Below the pieces are notes generated by a model. The model had not been told where the DNA came from. It worked only from the letters and a program-made list of their open reading frames with translations, and searched no databases. This document shows, piece by piece, positions 1 through 13,579 of a stretch of 64,000 nt of DNA; positions within the stretch are counted from its first letter, which is position 1; each line of letters opens with the position of its first letter. This DNA is from Phoronis australis (taxonomy: Eukaryota; Animalia; Phoronida). The position numbers were made by a program, and so were the translations under genes. The stretch is from positions 290,892 to 354,891 of the forward strand of contig NMRA01000451.1 of NCBI GenBank assembly GCA_002633005.1, given 5' to 3'.

Positions 1-109
1 AACTATGTCAAACCGAGTAACTATGTCACTGAAACCGAGTAACTATGTCAAACCGAGTAACTATGTCAAACCGAGTAATTATGGCATGCTGAGTAACTGT
101 GTCAAACCA
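1..109. repeat. Tandem repeat, about 18-bp unit (aactatgtcaaaccgagt), truncated at the window edge
   Basis: About 5-6 visible copies. Confidence 0.9.
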
Positions 110-289
110 TGTATGTTAAATACCACTGACCACTGAAGAGGGAACATGAACACAGATGTTGCACTCAAGAAACCATTGTTCCTCACTTAAAAGTTCAGTT
201 CGCTGATGGATCGCCAAACTCGATGCACGGAATCTAGAAAACTAGAAAACTCAGTTCGCAAACTCGTGCTCGGGCTCATCAACACGGCT

Positions 290-390
290 CACGACCCCCT
301 CGACCCCCACACCCCTCCACCCTCACACCCCGCCACCCCACGCCCCTCGACCCACAACCCCCTCGACCCACGACCCCTCGATCCACGACC
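290..390. repeat. C-rich degenerate tandem repeat (cacgacccctcgacc)
   Basis: Visible repeated units; explains the Pro-rich ORF at 206-424. Confidence 0.8.
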
Positions 391-448
391 TGTGGTATTT
401 TTGCGCAGAGTGAATTTCCCATAAGACATACCCACATGCGAGTCTCCC

Positions 449-1050
449 CCTCACTGGTTACCTGCGAACCGCCAGGTGGAAGCCAGCACGTACGTAGGGT
501 CGCTGGTTCCCTGCGTACCGTTAGGTGGTAGCCAGCACGCAGGCGTTTGTTTGGCTGGCCGAATTCTCAACAGGCATCGCTTTACGCAAACAAACTGGCA
601 TGATTGATGGAGGAAGTGTAAATGTGGTCTGTTGTACAGACAAATTGGTGCTTAAAATTCTTGTTCATGAAATGTGGATCCCAGAAAATTGTGGTTGCTC
701 CTTTTCGGATTGCATCTTTCTACTGTCGCTGACTGTTGTTTACTTTGCTGTCCTGAATTCGTACAGTTTGAATAACATACCAGTTAAATCGGCCAGCTGA
801 CGGCGTGTTTATTGTACATGCATTTGCTTCAAGCACGCGGCTATTAAACATTAGGCCTACTGCAGAAACGAAATAGTTGCTGCTACGCCACTTGCATGAC
901 AAGGCTAAAAGTCGTTCATAGTCCGTCATTATCTCACTTTGGTGTAAAGCTAACCAATGACTGTCGAGGTTACATCAGCCAATGATAAAGCGCGTGCTAC
1001 CGCCTGCTACCTGCGTGCTGACTACCAAACGGCACGCGGAACCAGCGAGG
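449..1050. mobile_element. Non-autonomous TIR element with an 8-bp TSD (AGTCTCCC)
   Basis: Arms (cc)tcgctggttcc..ggtagccagcacgcagg and their reverse complement at 1010-1050; agtctccc at 441-448 and 1051-1058. Confidence 0.75.
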
Positions 1051-2103
1051 AGTCTCCCTTTGCTCAAGTCTGGTGATTACAAAAACAGAAAGTGGCGTAA
1101 GAGCGTGATCTGAAATAGCGCATTATGAGCGCGCTATCGTTGTCACGGAAAAAGCTCCACGAGCGGCTACCAATCGCCCAGTTCTACTAAATGTAGGAAG
1201 AGAGTACGTTAACGTGAATCTACATAATTTTGCATTTTTATTATTTGCTTTCTGTTGTATACTCATTCACAATATACTCCATATAACGTTGAAGTAGTTT
1301 TTAGTTAACAGTTTGTTTTTTCAAACTGTATTTACTGATGAAATTACAGTTTTGTCGGATCCTCGCACTCTCCCCAAAAAGGTTGGATCTGCCATTCCCT
1401 GAAAAGCAGACAAGACGATTACACTCTGCTGGGAACGACATTTGTAACGTTGGTAGGTCTTTGATTTGGTCGCGTTTTTTTCTGTTTTTGTCTTTTAAAC
1501 TTGCCAAATCGACACCATTAAAAGGAGAAAAGCCAGCCGATCTCACGGCCCAACTCATTGGTCCTGTTAGGCAATTACATCTCCCTGAATGCTGCAGTGC
1601 AGGCATACAGGGGCTATAGTACATCCTCATAAAAAGATACTCATTTCAAAATACATTAAATAAAATCGAATGAAACATGCATATAGGCACGTGGGGTTAT
1701 AATTAAGACATACCATGACTCTGGATACAATTTAGTCAGCATAACTTGAACATATCCATGAAAATCTGTTGCGGTTTGCGAGAGTTTCTCTTACCAGGCG
1801 CCATTTTGAGGAAGTTACGTGAAATCAAATCGAAGTCAGGTTACAGAAATTCCGTGTAATTTATTTACTTATCATTAATTCAACTTTGTTTGGATAATGG
1901 CCATGGTCATTACCCCCATTAGCTTTCGATGGCAAAAAAATATGTTCGTGGATATCGACAACTTGGTCTATAAACATATATTAGACATTCAAAGCGTTTA
2001 CAAGAACACAAGGTTATCGCAGACACATGGCACGTTTTAGAATGAGTGTCATAGGATGATGCGGAATGAGTCAGCGTCTAATGTTATAGCCTGCTTTGTA
2101 TCG

Positions 2104-2406
2104 CAGGGGCGGATCCAGGATTTTGAGTTAGGGGGAGCCAGGGCACAGGAATAACCAGAATTTCGCCACATGCACGCAGCCTGCCTTAAATGTAGGGATG
2201 CAGGGGTCTCGAATTTTTGGGTTTGTGCACCTTTTCACTAAAAAAACGGTAAACGGGGTTTATTCAAGGCCTATGCATTCGCCCCCCGAACCCCTGGGTG
2301 CACGCCTATGCTACTCAGCAATTCGGGCCCGGACTCTCAAATGGTATCTGGTAGAATTTTAGGGGGGCGTGGCCTCCTTGCCCCCTCCCCCCTGAATCTG
2401 CCACTG
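2104..2406. mobile_element. MITE, CAG(G/T)GGCGGAT family, 5-bp TSD TATCG, with an internal insertion
   Basis: caggggcggatcc ... aatctgccactg flanked by tatcg on both sides. Confidence 0.85.
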
Positions 2407-3247
2407 TATCGCCTGCTTGACCAGTCAGAAAAAATGTGATCTATTGCTCCCCGGATCAAGTGATTAGATTTTACAATTTATAGATGTAGTTGCATCGACT
2501 GGAACCTTCCCACGGCTTAAAGTTATGTAAGACCCTAGAAATTATGTCCAAATTGGGTTAACTTCGGAACAGAAATATCCGATCGGACTCCTATGTAACT
2601 TTTAGATACTGCGTATAATTCGTTATTCTCCAAATTCTGTAAATAGGGATTGCTTTGGGGTTTGAAATCTCCCATTCTCATGTGAAGAGTTATCAAAAAT
2701 TGTATAAAACGAAAATGAAACAATAATTTAGGAAATTAACAACGTTTTTATATTACATCTTGAGCTCTTATTTCAAATGAAATTGGATCATGGTATTGCT
2801 GTTGTTGTTTTGATTTCAATGCACCTTTGTTTTTTTTTCGCTAAAATTTACTAAAAAGATATGTCACATGACTCACTTAATGAAAGATTGATCAAAAGTC
2901 AAAAATAAATATACTACAGACTTTCTACTTGCAGAAACAGTATACTTTTACTGAGTTAAAATCTGTAGTTTTTGTAGATGTTTCCTTAAAGGCCTATGGT
3001 CCGAGTTATAGAAGAAAAAAACCTCTTAACGCCGTTTAAGCCGGTTTTTTGATGTGACATGGAGTTCAAAAAGTTATTAACTTTCAACTTGTGCAAAAAG
3101 TTTGAAAAAAATCGTTGTAAATACTACAAACGAATGAAATGTTTACAAAGAATTTAGTATCCCGACCGCTAAACAGATTATAAACATTACAACAACGCAT
3201 GCGCAGCCACAGATCTAGAGGTCAACAGAATTTATACAAATGGCGGG

Positions 3248-3787
3248 NNNNNNNNNNNNNNNNNNNNNNNNNNNNNNNNNNNNNNNNNNNNNNNNNNNNN
3301 NNNNNNNNNNNNNNNNNNNNNNNNNNNNNNNNNNNNNNNNNNNNNNNNNNNNNNNNNNNNNNNNNNNNNNNNNNNNNNNNNNNNNNNNNNNNNNNNNNNN
3401 NNNNNNNNNNNNNNNNNNNNNNNNNNNNNNNNNNNNNNNNNNNNNNNNNNNNNNNNNNNNNNNNNNNNNNNNNNNNNNNNNNNNNNNNNNNNNNNNNNNN
3501 NNNNNNNNNNNNNNNNNNNNNNNNNNNNNNNNNNNNNNNNNNNNNNNNNNNNNNNNNNNNNNNNNNNNNNNNNNNNNNNNNNNNNNNNNNNNNNNNNNNN
3601 NNNNNNNNNNNNNNNNNNNNNNNNNNNNNNNNNNNNNNNNNNNNNNNNNNNNNNNNNNNNNNNNNNNNNNNNNNNNNNNNNNNNNNNNNNNNNNNNNNNN
3701 NNNNNNNNNNNNNNNNNNNNNNNNNNNNNNNNNNNNNNNNNNNNNNNNNNNNNNNNNNNNNNNNNNNNNNNNNNNNNNNNNNNNNNN
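3248..3787. other. Assembly gap (N run)
   Basis: 540 N bases. Confidence 1.
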
Positions 3788-6700
3788 CTTCTCTTCTTCG
3801 GAGCAGTACCGGAAACAGCTGATTAGTTGCCGAAAGGTCAAACCGCACAGCATTATGGGCAACATTCGTTTGTTTTGATCACGCAGATTTTAAGAAAATA
3901 AAAAATAAAAGAAAAAATATGTACAGGCAGCAGATCGACCCCATACTTACGAAAAGTTCTAATTAAGTGTCAGAGAGTATGTTTCAATGGTTTTTATGCA
4001 GATTCACGATGTTTTTAAAACGTCTACAAACGGATCATATGACTTTAAATACCCAAACTTGTCAATAAGATCCAACAAAACCTTGAAGCTGTTCTACAAA
4101 TCCGATTTCCGGCAAAAAGGAAACGTTTGACTAGATCACTTACCGCTGTAAAACTGTGAGTGCTTTAGGTCAAAGGTTAAATTTTTACGGAAGGGGGTTT
4201 ACGTCTTCTTTCATTTTTTCTCAAAATGTATGCATTATGTTTCTAATTTACCACGCAAGTAATACGAGAAGTCCAATGGCGCGATATGTTACATCCACGT
4301 CAGCTAGTCCACAGCGACCGTACCTGCAAGTTTTTGTGATGTTACTCAAAACGTCAGTGTCCACGGTGACACAGAATAAAGTTCTTACGTAAAGCGTGCC
4401 ATAAATTGTGTACATTTTCTCCTGTTTAGACGTCTGAAATGTCAAAAACTCAACCACATGCTACTTGTCCTACAAATTCGGTCTCAAGGCTGCTCTCCAC
4501 GGGTCAGGACTTTTTTTTTGCGTTGTCGCAAAGACATCCGGAGCATTTGGGAGCAACATAAACGCTTCTGGCTTGGCTGACCTTTCCAAAAGTTAATCTT
4601 TCAAATTAAGTGCAAGTCATTCCCCGATTACAAATGGGTGTTGAAAGCAATGGTATCATGACGAGGGAATATTTGAAGTTCAGTTTAAGTTTGCGACTAA
4701 GTGCACCTTTAGAGACGCTGCTTCAACCACCATAGATGCCCACAAAAAAGAAAACCCGCTTAATGGTACAGTTACAGAAATATATAATTTTGTGTTAACG
4801 TAAGCTTTACAAAAACTTGTCAGTTATAAACTCCCGCTTCTTACCACAGTAGGAAATCCAAAGCGAGCTTGGTTGGAGTGATAGCCCTGGGAAGAATTCC
4901 ACATCGTAAAACCACGAACTGGCGGAGTTGTGCAAAACCCTAATAAGAAACTGCCACTGGTTCGACTTCTGCGCAATATGCGAAAATAAGCCCGACCTAG
5001 TAATTAGCTGACTTGTCTTCTCCGCGTATAAATATAGTTAGCCATAAGTACAACATAGACTTTTAGTTACGACCGCGACTGCCAGCAAACTGTCTTAAAA
5101 ACAGATTGTTATCTAATGTCTTTAATCTTCCCTAATTCGGATCGTTCCTTATCCCACTTACTTATCTAAATTAGAACTGCTGCTTTTATTCCGTTTTGTC
5201 ATTTTTGTGATCCATAAAGATTATTTGACGCGTCCAGCGACTACAATATGAGTCTCCGGGAGAGAGCTAATAACTGAAGTGCTTACTAATTCCACCAAGA
5301 GCAAACAATGTATAGAACACCGTGAATTAATTAATTAAAGGCTCTGAAATTAGATTTGCCCTGCAGTGTATTGAATTGCATTGTATTGCGTGTAGAGTTG
5401 AATTGCTATTGCATCCGACTGCGTGCTGGGTTCTAAGTTATTGTAAGTCCAAGACATATCTAACGCCAGTGGTCCATCACATGTGATGTGAATGCATACT
5501 GTCGTAGAACTAATGGCATACCTCAGTTCTGAAACAGTGGTGATTACATTCTATACTGATGAAAGCTAATCCGCCGTGATAGACTCATAGTAAAGTAAGT
5601 TAAGACTGTACCCGCGACTAGTCGTAGTTATACTTTACTAGCAGAGATTGCAGTCATGTCAATACTACCCCCGTCTTTGCTGGTTCGTGGTCTATGTCAG
5701 ACAAATCGCATGCGTGCTCCTCTGTGGTGGAGTGTGGCGTGGGACTCTACTCCCGAACACCTCTTCAGTCAGTTATAAAGAAACAGTTGCTTCCCTGGTT
5801 TGTATTTGCCCATGTTTTGTAACTCACTTGGTAAGCGCATCATTGAATCGATACGCACCCAAATCTTTCAAAAATTCAAAAACCCAAACTCATTGAGTTT
5901 AATTTGGTTTAACGCCATGAAGGAAGTTAATATCGACAAGGTCACACATTTACACAAGCAAAAGTCGTTAAACTCATGGCACTGTGACAATTAGCCATAC
6001 TCGTGCCTGCTTACAACACGTCAATATCTCTGCGACATTGTTAGATTTAACGATTTTTCATCAGTTTCTATGGAGCGGTCCTAATCCTAGCTGGGCTGCC
6101 TATATACAGTTGGTAGTCGATCGCTACCGTGTTCAACGAGACGAAAATGTGACAAGAAGCCCAAGACGCAAAAAGCTGCACTTACCATGATGTACACGGG
6201 TTACTGCCTGCTCAATGGCAGACGATTCTCACCTCTCTCTCTCTTCACACATCCATTGACAATTGCGTACAATTGAACTGTTGTTGTTTTTGCAACGTTC
6301 ATATCGATATTGCATTAATAATGTATGTGGCACTTCTCGCGGCACGGTATTCAAGTGTGATCACTCAGGTGTTATCCTAGGGCGGCTTGGTGATAAGGAA
6401 TATGTCCTATCATTAATTTTTAGATTGACTAGCGAAAGTTTTGAGTTTCATTTTTAATTTAAACATGTTTGAAATTGAGTTCAAATGGACTTTTCATGAG
6501 CTAGTCGTGCAACAACTGAGGGTATTTGTTTAATGGAGTTTGCCCCCGGGACGCGTCTAGGCCTTGTACCGGCCTCGTTTCTTTTCTTCATGCAAAAGCT
6601 TTTCTGGCAGCACGTGGCATGTATGGCGTTCAGATTACTACGAAGCAGTGAGTCTGATTTGGCTTTTCTTAACTTTCCAGGTGACTACTCATGGCTTTCG

Positions 6701-9447
6701 GGAAAGATCGGAAGAGCGCTTTGCCACGAGACGCAAAAACCGTAGCAATTGCGCAAATTTTGCGCCAGCCAGCTCTCAGTCATTGTTGAAAACGATTCCA
6801 TGGCTGCCCCTCTAAATTCCAACTTCGATTTCCTAAAGCGCAATCTGTGACCAGCAAACAACAAACGCGCGGTACAAATTTTCGGTATATCGGCGCACCA
6901 AACATAGCCCATTTCCGCTTACCAGATTCTTCACTCGCACCCGTTGTTGGGGTCTGAAACATGGTCCCTGGATAGGGAGTTTGGACAACGGGTAGACCTA
7001 TGGAGTATTTTTACGCATGTGTGGAGTTTGGGGGTACGGACATGGAATTTATACCGTTGGTTCGGTATTTGATGCCCGGGGCTGAGGTAAAGAAGGTCAA
7101 AGTTGGACTTTGTGTGCGACCATGGAATCTTTTCTACCACTTTGAATGGGTGGAAAGATTTGCGTTGTCCTTTGCAATGCCAGTTGTCAAAAGTTTCAAC
7201 ATGGATCTAGTCTTAAAGTGACATATTCCGCAACAATAAAGCAGTAGTCAGATGATGAGCCACGTTTAACAGAATTACACGGATTTATCTCAGGCAAAAC
7301 TTCAAAATTTATTCTGAGCTGTTGCATCAAAAAGCACGTAATTCTTACTTATGTTATACAACACTGTGTCGGGTAGACCCGAAAGAAGGGGCCCATTAGT
7401 AAGGAGCTTTTGTGAAAGTCATCCTTTCGCAGGTTTTGTCCCAGCACTCCTATTTTGTAGGACATTTAGTGAACTGAATCCTTTCCTTTCATCTTTACGA
7501 ATTAAGCCTGGAGTTGTAGAAACTGATGATATCATTTGCAGCAAAACTTTTGTAAGCTACAGACGACATTTGTGTAGAACGAAAAAAGGGACCTCGTAGA
7601 GTTTCAAACTCCTAAGACGAGCCCTGTTGTAGGAAAAGTCAACCTTTCGCAGGACATTTTGTTAGAAAAATAACCTTTTCGTGTGGAAACTGGTGGTGAA
7701 TAAGTCACATCTCTAAGCGGTACCTCTTTCCATTTTCGAGTTACTGTACTGAGAACTATCTTGGAGTGATATGGCCGTTATTGTGTTGGCGATACCTAAT
7801 GACAGGTGTACAGACATACACACAGACAGCTAACACAAACGTATTTCTAATATGACACACAAAAGTGACTTATATGAATAAACCATGCTCAGACGATACT
7901 GCCCTAGGTGTCCTCCGACTACAGCCATGAACTGCTCGCGTTGGCTATCAAATAACTAACCTGTAAAGTTGCCGCACCAGCACATTTGGGAACTCAAAAG
8001 TCACTGGGTGTAGCATGTTAAGCTCGAAATTGTCTTCTAGTTTTGATATCTGTCAGTTACCATCCTTTTTACATTTCTGGTTATTATAATTGTTAATCTG
8101 CCGGCATACAAAGTTTTCGATTTGTGGGCAGCAGCTGTATCAGTTTTTATTCAATTTCTTAAGATGTTTGGTGAACAGCTCTGAATTTAGTCCTGTCTTT
8201 GTCAACCAAAGATGAGGACAACCGGTGTATACAAACCAACTGAACATAAAAACATGCTTTTGCAACCGCACACGTGGCTGGCGTAACATAATCCAGAAGA
8301 TAAACTAAACGTGGATTGACTTGTGATCACCATGTCCATTGTTCACAATGTCAATCGAGCCGGACAGTGCAATCGTGATTCTATATTCGTATCTCAAGAA
8401 GGTTATCCAAAAAGGAAACGTGTGCCTTTGAAATTATTGAGCCGCAAATGGCTCAACGAAATTACAGAAAAAGAGAGAAATACGACACAGTTTGAAATAT
8501 TGAAATACTCATACAAATCAGACTTTAGCTTTAAATGATCAAAAATATGATTAAATAATCTCTCATTTTCGAGACTGTCACCAGACTCTAATGCAAATAG
8601 AGGATGGATGCGAGACTAGGGATCTTCATATATTAATTCTCGCGTCCAGCAAATCACCCGGGTCCCTTGTCAAACGAACGCCCCCACGTTAATGAACTGC
8701 TTTCTGCTCTCAATCTATTCAGATGTCAAAAATAGGCACTTTTACTTAAATTTATTAGCAACGTCAATAATCGAGTCGCCCAATGGGATGTCTGGACATT
8801 TTCTTCATATCGATCAGACATAATGTTCATAAAAGAAATAATATTAAGTTTATACAGCCTATGTGGTGTTCATGATTGCCAACTTTACAGATAGTATATT
8901 TCTTCTTAGGCTAGTTCCAGTCGTAGGGACTAGCCGATTCCATTCTCTTCCGACTCGTGAATGATTGTAAGTTCTACTGAAGCATTTCTTTAATTTAAGA
9001 CACAAAACTTTCCCTGGAAAATCTGTTGTGCGTATCACGATTTTTTCAACTTTTCAGAATTATGGTGATCTGTCCGTTATCAAGTGCGTATAGACGATAC
9101 AAGATGGATTTTGTAATCTGGGGGCCCCTAATGAGCACGCCTCAGCCGGATCAACCCTGAAGAGTAAATCGGGCAATCAGAAGAAGTTGAAAATGTTTCC
9201 GTTTTATTCTTAACTTATAACTCTACTTCACAGAGTCTTGCTCTTAACATTTTTTCCCGAATATGCTGGTCGCCACCAATTAAGTTTCGGCCCTCAAGCC
9301 TGGAGGAGTACTTGTTCCTCTCTCCCGCTTCTTATGGCCCACAATCCAGTGGCGTGTGACGGAGCTTTGTCAGCATTGTAGAATTCTCTGCCCTCCACTG
9401 TCCCATTCCGTATGCTGGAAGTATGAGACCAATAAAATTACACTTTC

Positions 9448-9640
9448 CATTGGCGGATCTAGGATACCATAAGAGGGGCCCAACACGACTGCATGAGCGC
9501 ACCCAGCCTGAAATGAAGGAGGGCTCGGACTTCTGAGACCTTCTTGCTGAAAAGCAACTAAACGACTAAAAAACCGAGGAAACGCTTCTTACAACTTGTT
9601 TTGGCCCAGACTCCCACCCCCCTCCCTAAATCTGCCTATG
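9448..9640. mobile_element. MITE with related termini, 5-bp TSD CTTTC
   Basis: cattggcggatctagg ... cctaaatctgcctatg flanked by ctttc on both sides. Confidence 0.8.
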
Positions 9641-10214
9641 CTTTCTATAGGTACGGTCCGTCAAGCGATACAGTAAGTGAACTATCATTATTGTTTCAAA
9701 TTTAACAGCAGGAAAGTCAGTCTCACATAGAGAACAAAAAGCGGTAGGCCCATAGTCACGTCATTTTGAGAACCAATTTTGTTCGTTGAATAAAGGCCAT
9801 CATACTGGTTCTCAAAATTCGGGTCATCTGTTAGTAAGTGCCCAAGCTGCAAATTTTAAAGTAATTAGCCTACTTGTAAACTCGTCACGGGTGAGCATAT
9901 AATTTTGCCCATTAAGATCATGCATACTACGTACGTTTTTCATGTTAGCAGCGGAAGTGTGGAACTAATCTGACAGTAGGACATCTCCAACTCAGCTGAG
10001 CCAAGATAATGTGCCATCAAGCCACTTAAATTAAGGTATTTTTAAGTTGCACCAGAATGTTTTCGAATATTTACGAATGTTGGAGACGAGTCAGAAGAAG
10101 TGTGGCACGCCACACACGGCCATAATTTTAACTATTGGTCGAGTGTCCAAGTAGGCCATGGCACGTTAAGTCTGTAATGCTGGAGAGGTCCGGGAATGTT
10201 TTTGGTTTTGAAAT

Positions 10215-10373
10215 CAGTGCTGTAGTGGTAAAATTAGAGGTAAGTAGGCGCCCAAAGCCTATTGTATCACCTTGAGCACTAAACGTAACTTACGGTGCGT
10301 AGGCGCTACGTTCAAATGCCGAAAGGTGATTGGCTGCGCCTTCGTGCGCCTTGGCGCAAACTACTCAGCACTG
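10215..10373. mobile_element. Small hAT-like MITE (cagtgctg..cagcactg)
   Basis: Terminal inverted repeat; imperfect 8-bp TSD tttgaaat/tctgaaaa. Confidence 0.55.
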
Positions 10374-11805
10374 TCTGAAAAATGATGTAATTTACCACAT
10401 TCTGTCGATATTTTCATACACAATTTTTTTAGTTATTAGTTGTTTATATGTCACGCTTAAGGCGATGGTGTATTTTCCAAACACGCCGTCGCTTCCCGGT
10501 TTTTCCTAGGCTCGTTACTTGCCGCCGTAGGATGCAATCGTCGTCCTGCAAAATACTGACTGTGGTATCTGTTCACTTCTTTATTGGATCTACCATCCTC
10601 TTTGAACTTTAGCATTTTAGGACTGCTCAGCAGAAAACATATAAAACATTTTTTTTTAATTTTCTGCAAGTCCAACAACTTGTCATTGCAATTGCAATGC
10701 GAAACATAAGCTTTGATAGTTTTTTCTGGTTATGCTTTGCGTAGTCTGCTGCACTAATATAGCAACCGCCAGGTGTCCTTGCATTCAGTTTGTGTTGGTG
10801 TACGACATATGCAGCCCATTTCCGGCAAAACATTGGAGGGGTAGTTTCGAGCTGACTGGCTTGCGAATTTACAACATTGCATTATAATAATGTAAAGTGT
10901 AAGTTTCTGAGAATGCGAGGTTCCTAAAATCATTCTTCCGTTTGTATGATTCATATAAAAATCACTGATGTCTACTTCTGTGTTTAGTGTAATGTTGGTA
11001 GGTCATCTTTTCATTACGTGACTTACATAACCTGGTTTTGCCCTCGTCTTAGTAGGCCTGTTAAGGCCGCTTAGGCCGAAGTTAGGCCTTGGACTTAGTC
11101 TTTTGGACAATAGGCAGTACCACTGTCGGAACTGGATCAGAAAAGCCTACTCATACTAAGGCTTGGCCTAAACAAGTCCTGCGTCTGTGCTGCGTAGACT
11201 CGTCTCATCCCGTAATTGCCCTTGCCTTGGTCTTGGGCCACACTCCGTACGCCTATAGTCATAGTGCCGTCTGAACACAAAATGGTTACGCCGTAACAGA
11301 GCTGACTGGTGTCGCTGGTGGTAATGTGATCAGCTACACCAGAAGTACCGGTGGTCTGAAGGGCTGGTTGTCTCGCTAACAGGAGCTTATGTCGATATGT
11401 TAGATCATACCTGCAATGTACTCTGTCGCAATTTGCTGAAGGTGTATGTAATGTCAGCTCTTTCTGATGGACAGTTTTCTAGTGAATTTTTTGTTCCTGT
11501 AAGATTCATCATGTGAGCTGGAGCTGTAGGTGACCCTAATTCTTACAATGACGCTTCCAACAACTTTTTTGTTTTGTCAGTTGGTTTAAAAGCTTTGAAA
11601 GAGCTGCTGTCAGTGATAGCTTTCTTTTGAAGAGGGATGTTTCTGGTTTTGAGATTTGTGCTCAGTTGTGTTGGTAGGAACCCCAGCGGATTGCTACACT
11701 TGGAAGCCTATGATATTGTTAAGGTAGCCCTGTAGGCAAGTGCTTCAGCCAGGCTGTGGTGTGAAGGCTAATAGCCTATTACAGCATCCCCCCCCTCCCG
11801 GTTGA

Positions 11806-12490
11806 TCCCAACTTGTTCGTTAGCTATAGCCCAACAACAAGTTGGGAAGATGACCCCTGAGGCCAATATCTTACACGACTGATTAACTCCATTATGGCAT
11901 TTATGGTTGTAGGGCCAGGTCTCTTTTGTTTGATAATTGTTCTGTTCTCCAATAAGATCGTATCTAGCCTGACTTGGCTGTGCTGTTAAAAATATAAGTT
12001 AAGTTACCGGTATAACATTATTTGAACGTAAACCAATAGCATTTCTGAATTCCTCGTCAAATGCTGATCATGTTTAGTTTTTGAATTGCCAAAATCTTCC
12101 AACTACAACCGAAGTTAGGACAATCTATTCTTTCCGAATTCATTATGGCGTTTTCCCGTTGCTCCCAACTTGTTTGATTCTATAGCCCAACAACAAGTTG
12201 GGAAGTTTACCCCTGTAGCCAATATCTTACACGACTGATTAACTCCATTCTGGCATTCATGGTTGGAGGGGCAGCTCTCTTTTGTTCGATAATTGTTCTA
12301 ATCTTCAATAAGATCGTATCTAGCCTGACTGGGGTGTGCTATTAAAAATAAAAAAGTTAAGTTATAACATACTTGAACATAAACCAATAGCATTTCTGAA
12401 ATCCTTGTCAAATAGTGCTCATGTTTAGTTTTTGAATCGCCAAAATCGCCCAACTGCAACCGAAGTTACGATAATCTATTCTTTCCGAAT
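11806..12490. repeat. Tandem duplication, about 358-bp unit x2, each copy starting with a cccaacttgtt..aacaagttggg hairpin
   Basis: 11806-12140 aligns by eye with 12164-12490. Confidence 0.9.
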
Positions 12491-12491
12491 G

Positions 12492-12866
12492 TACCAATTC
12501 ACTCTGGATTTGACGGTGTTCACACGTGGTCTGTAATAAGCCTGGTAGATAATTGGCCTGCCTGTTGTCATACCAGACAAAAGAAAGTGCTTGGCAGTTA
12601 ACAAAGAAGCTAGATGTTGTCACACGCTCGCAACCCCCTTCGTCTGGTAAAGTCACTGAATGGAAAAACGCTGTCATGTTACCAATTCGCTCTGGGTTTG
12701 ACTATGTACACATGTGGTCTGTAATAAGCCTGGTAGATAATTGGCCTGCCTGTTGTCATACCAGACAAAAGACTGTGCTTGGCAGTTAACAAAGGAGCTA
12801 GATGTTATTACACGCTCACAACCTTCTACGTCTGGTAAAGACACTGAACTGGAGAACGCTGTAATG
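12492..12866. repeat. Tandem duplication, about 188-bp unit x2
   Basis: taccaattc(a/g)ctctgg...aacgctgt is repeated; produces the paralogous spurious ORFs at 12553 and 12741. Confidence 0.9.
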
Positions 12867-13377
12867 CAACTCACTGATGCCTGGTTAGCCAGTCCATCTA
12901 ATATCATTAGTCTCTCAGAATTTTGTGGTCTTTTTTCACTGCTCCCAGCCTTAGAAATCACCATAGATACCTTTCCTAGCCTCCTGCCTGTCATCCCCAT
13001 TTATTTTCGGCGTGATCCCTCTGTGCTAGGCTCCCACGGCTTTGTGAACCTCCACTTGCCACAAAGTGTTGTTTCAATAAAGACCAGTCCAAGCTTTGCA
13101 TGACGCTCACGGACTTGTTGGTGATTGCTTAAACAAGTAACCTTTAAGCCACTCCTTGTCTAAAATATTGGACTATATTTTCCAGTCAGGTATTGTAGCC
13201 AGTAAATATTAGGTTCCTAGTCAGTGACCAAATCCCCTATTTTATGCTTGGGTAGTTGTCTGACACCTGCAAGGTAAAAATGGGGCATCTAGGTTTCATA
13301 ATGTTGACACCTCGTAGATTACTGTTGCTCAATATTTTATTTTCAGATTAACAGGTTGGACCTCCCTTGTCATTCAA

Positions 13378-13454
13378 ATGTTGTCAGAGTTAGTCTCGTC
13401 TATCCGTTGTCGTGGGTTACAGTCTGTTTTACATAACCAAATATATCCGTGGAG
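13378..13454 (+). CDS. DNAJC4: DNAJC4-like, coding exon 1 (MLSELVSSIRCRGLQSVLHNQIYPWR; presequence-like)
   Basis: Acceptor ttttcag ends at 13346, ATG at 13378, donor AG|gtgagt at 13455; phase 2 matches the next exon. Confidence 0.75.
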
Positions 13455-13579
13455 GTGAGTATAGTAAGGTCACGCTCCCCTATCAGGTTCTCTTCTGCAT
13501 AATGGGTGGCAGTGCTAATGCACTTTATGAATACCCACCCCAAACCAAAATACCACTCAAGACAACAGCTGAGGGGCCA

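Noticed and set aside
1-109. Short repeats resembling a CRISPR array (also 13580-13895 and 46777-47126)
   Set aside because: Head-to-tail units with no unique spacers, no cas genes and a eukaryotic context.
3199-3878. Four long ORFs of 207-216 aa
   Set aside because: Artefacts of translating the N gap.
12408-13103. Paralogous ORF pairs (MACLLSYQTK...)
   Set aside because: Produced by the 188-bp tandem duplication; no recognisable domain and non-ATG starts.
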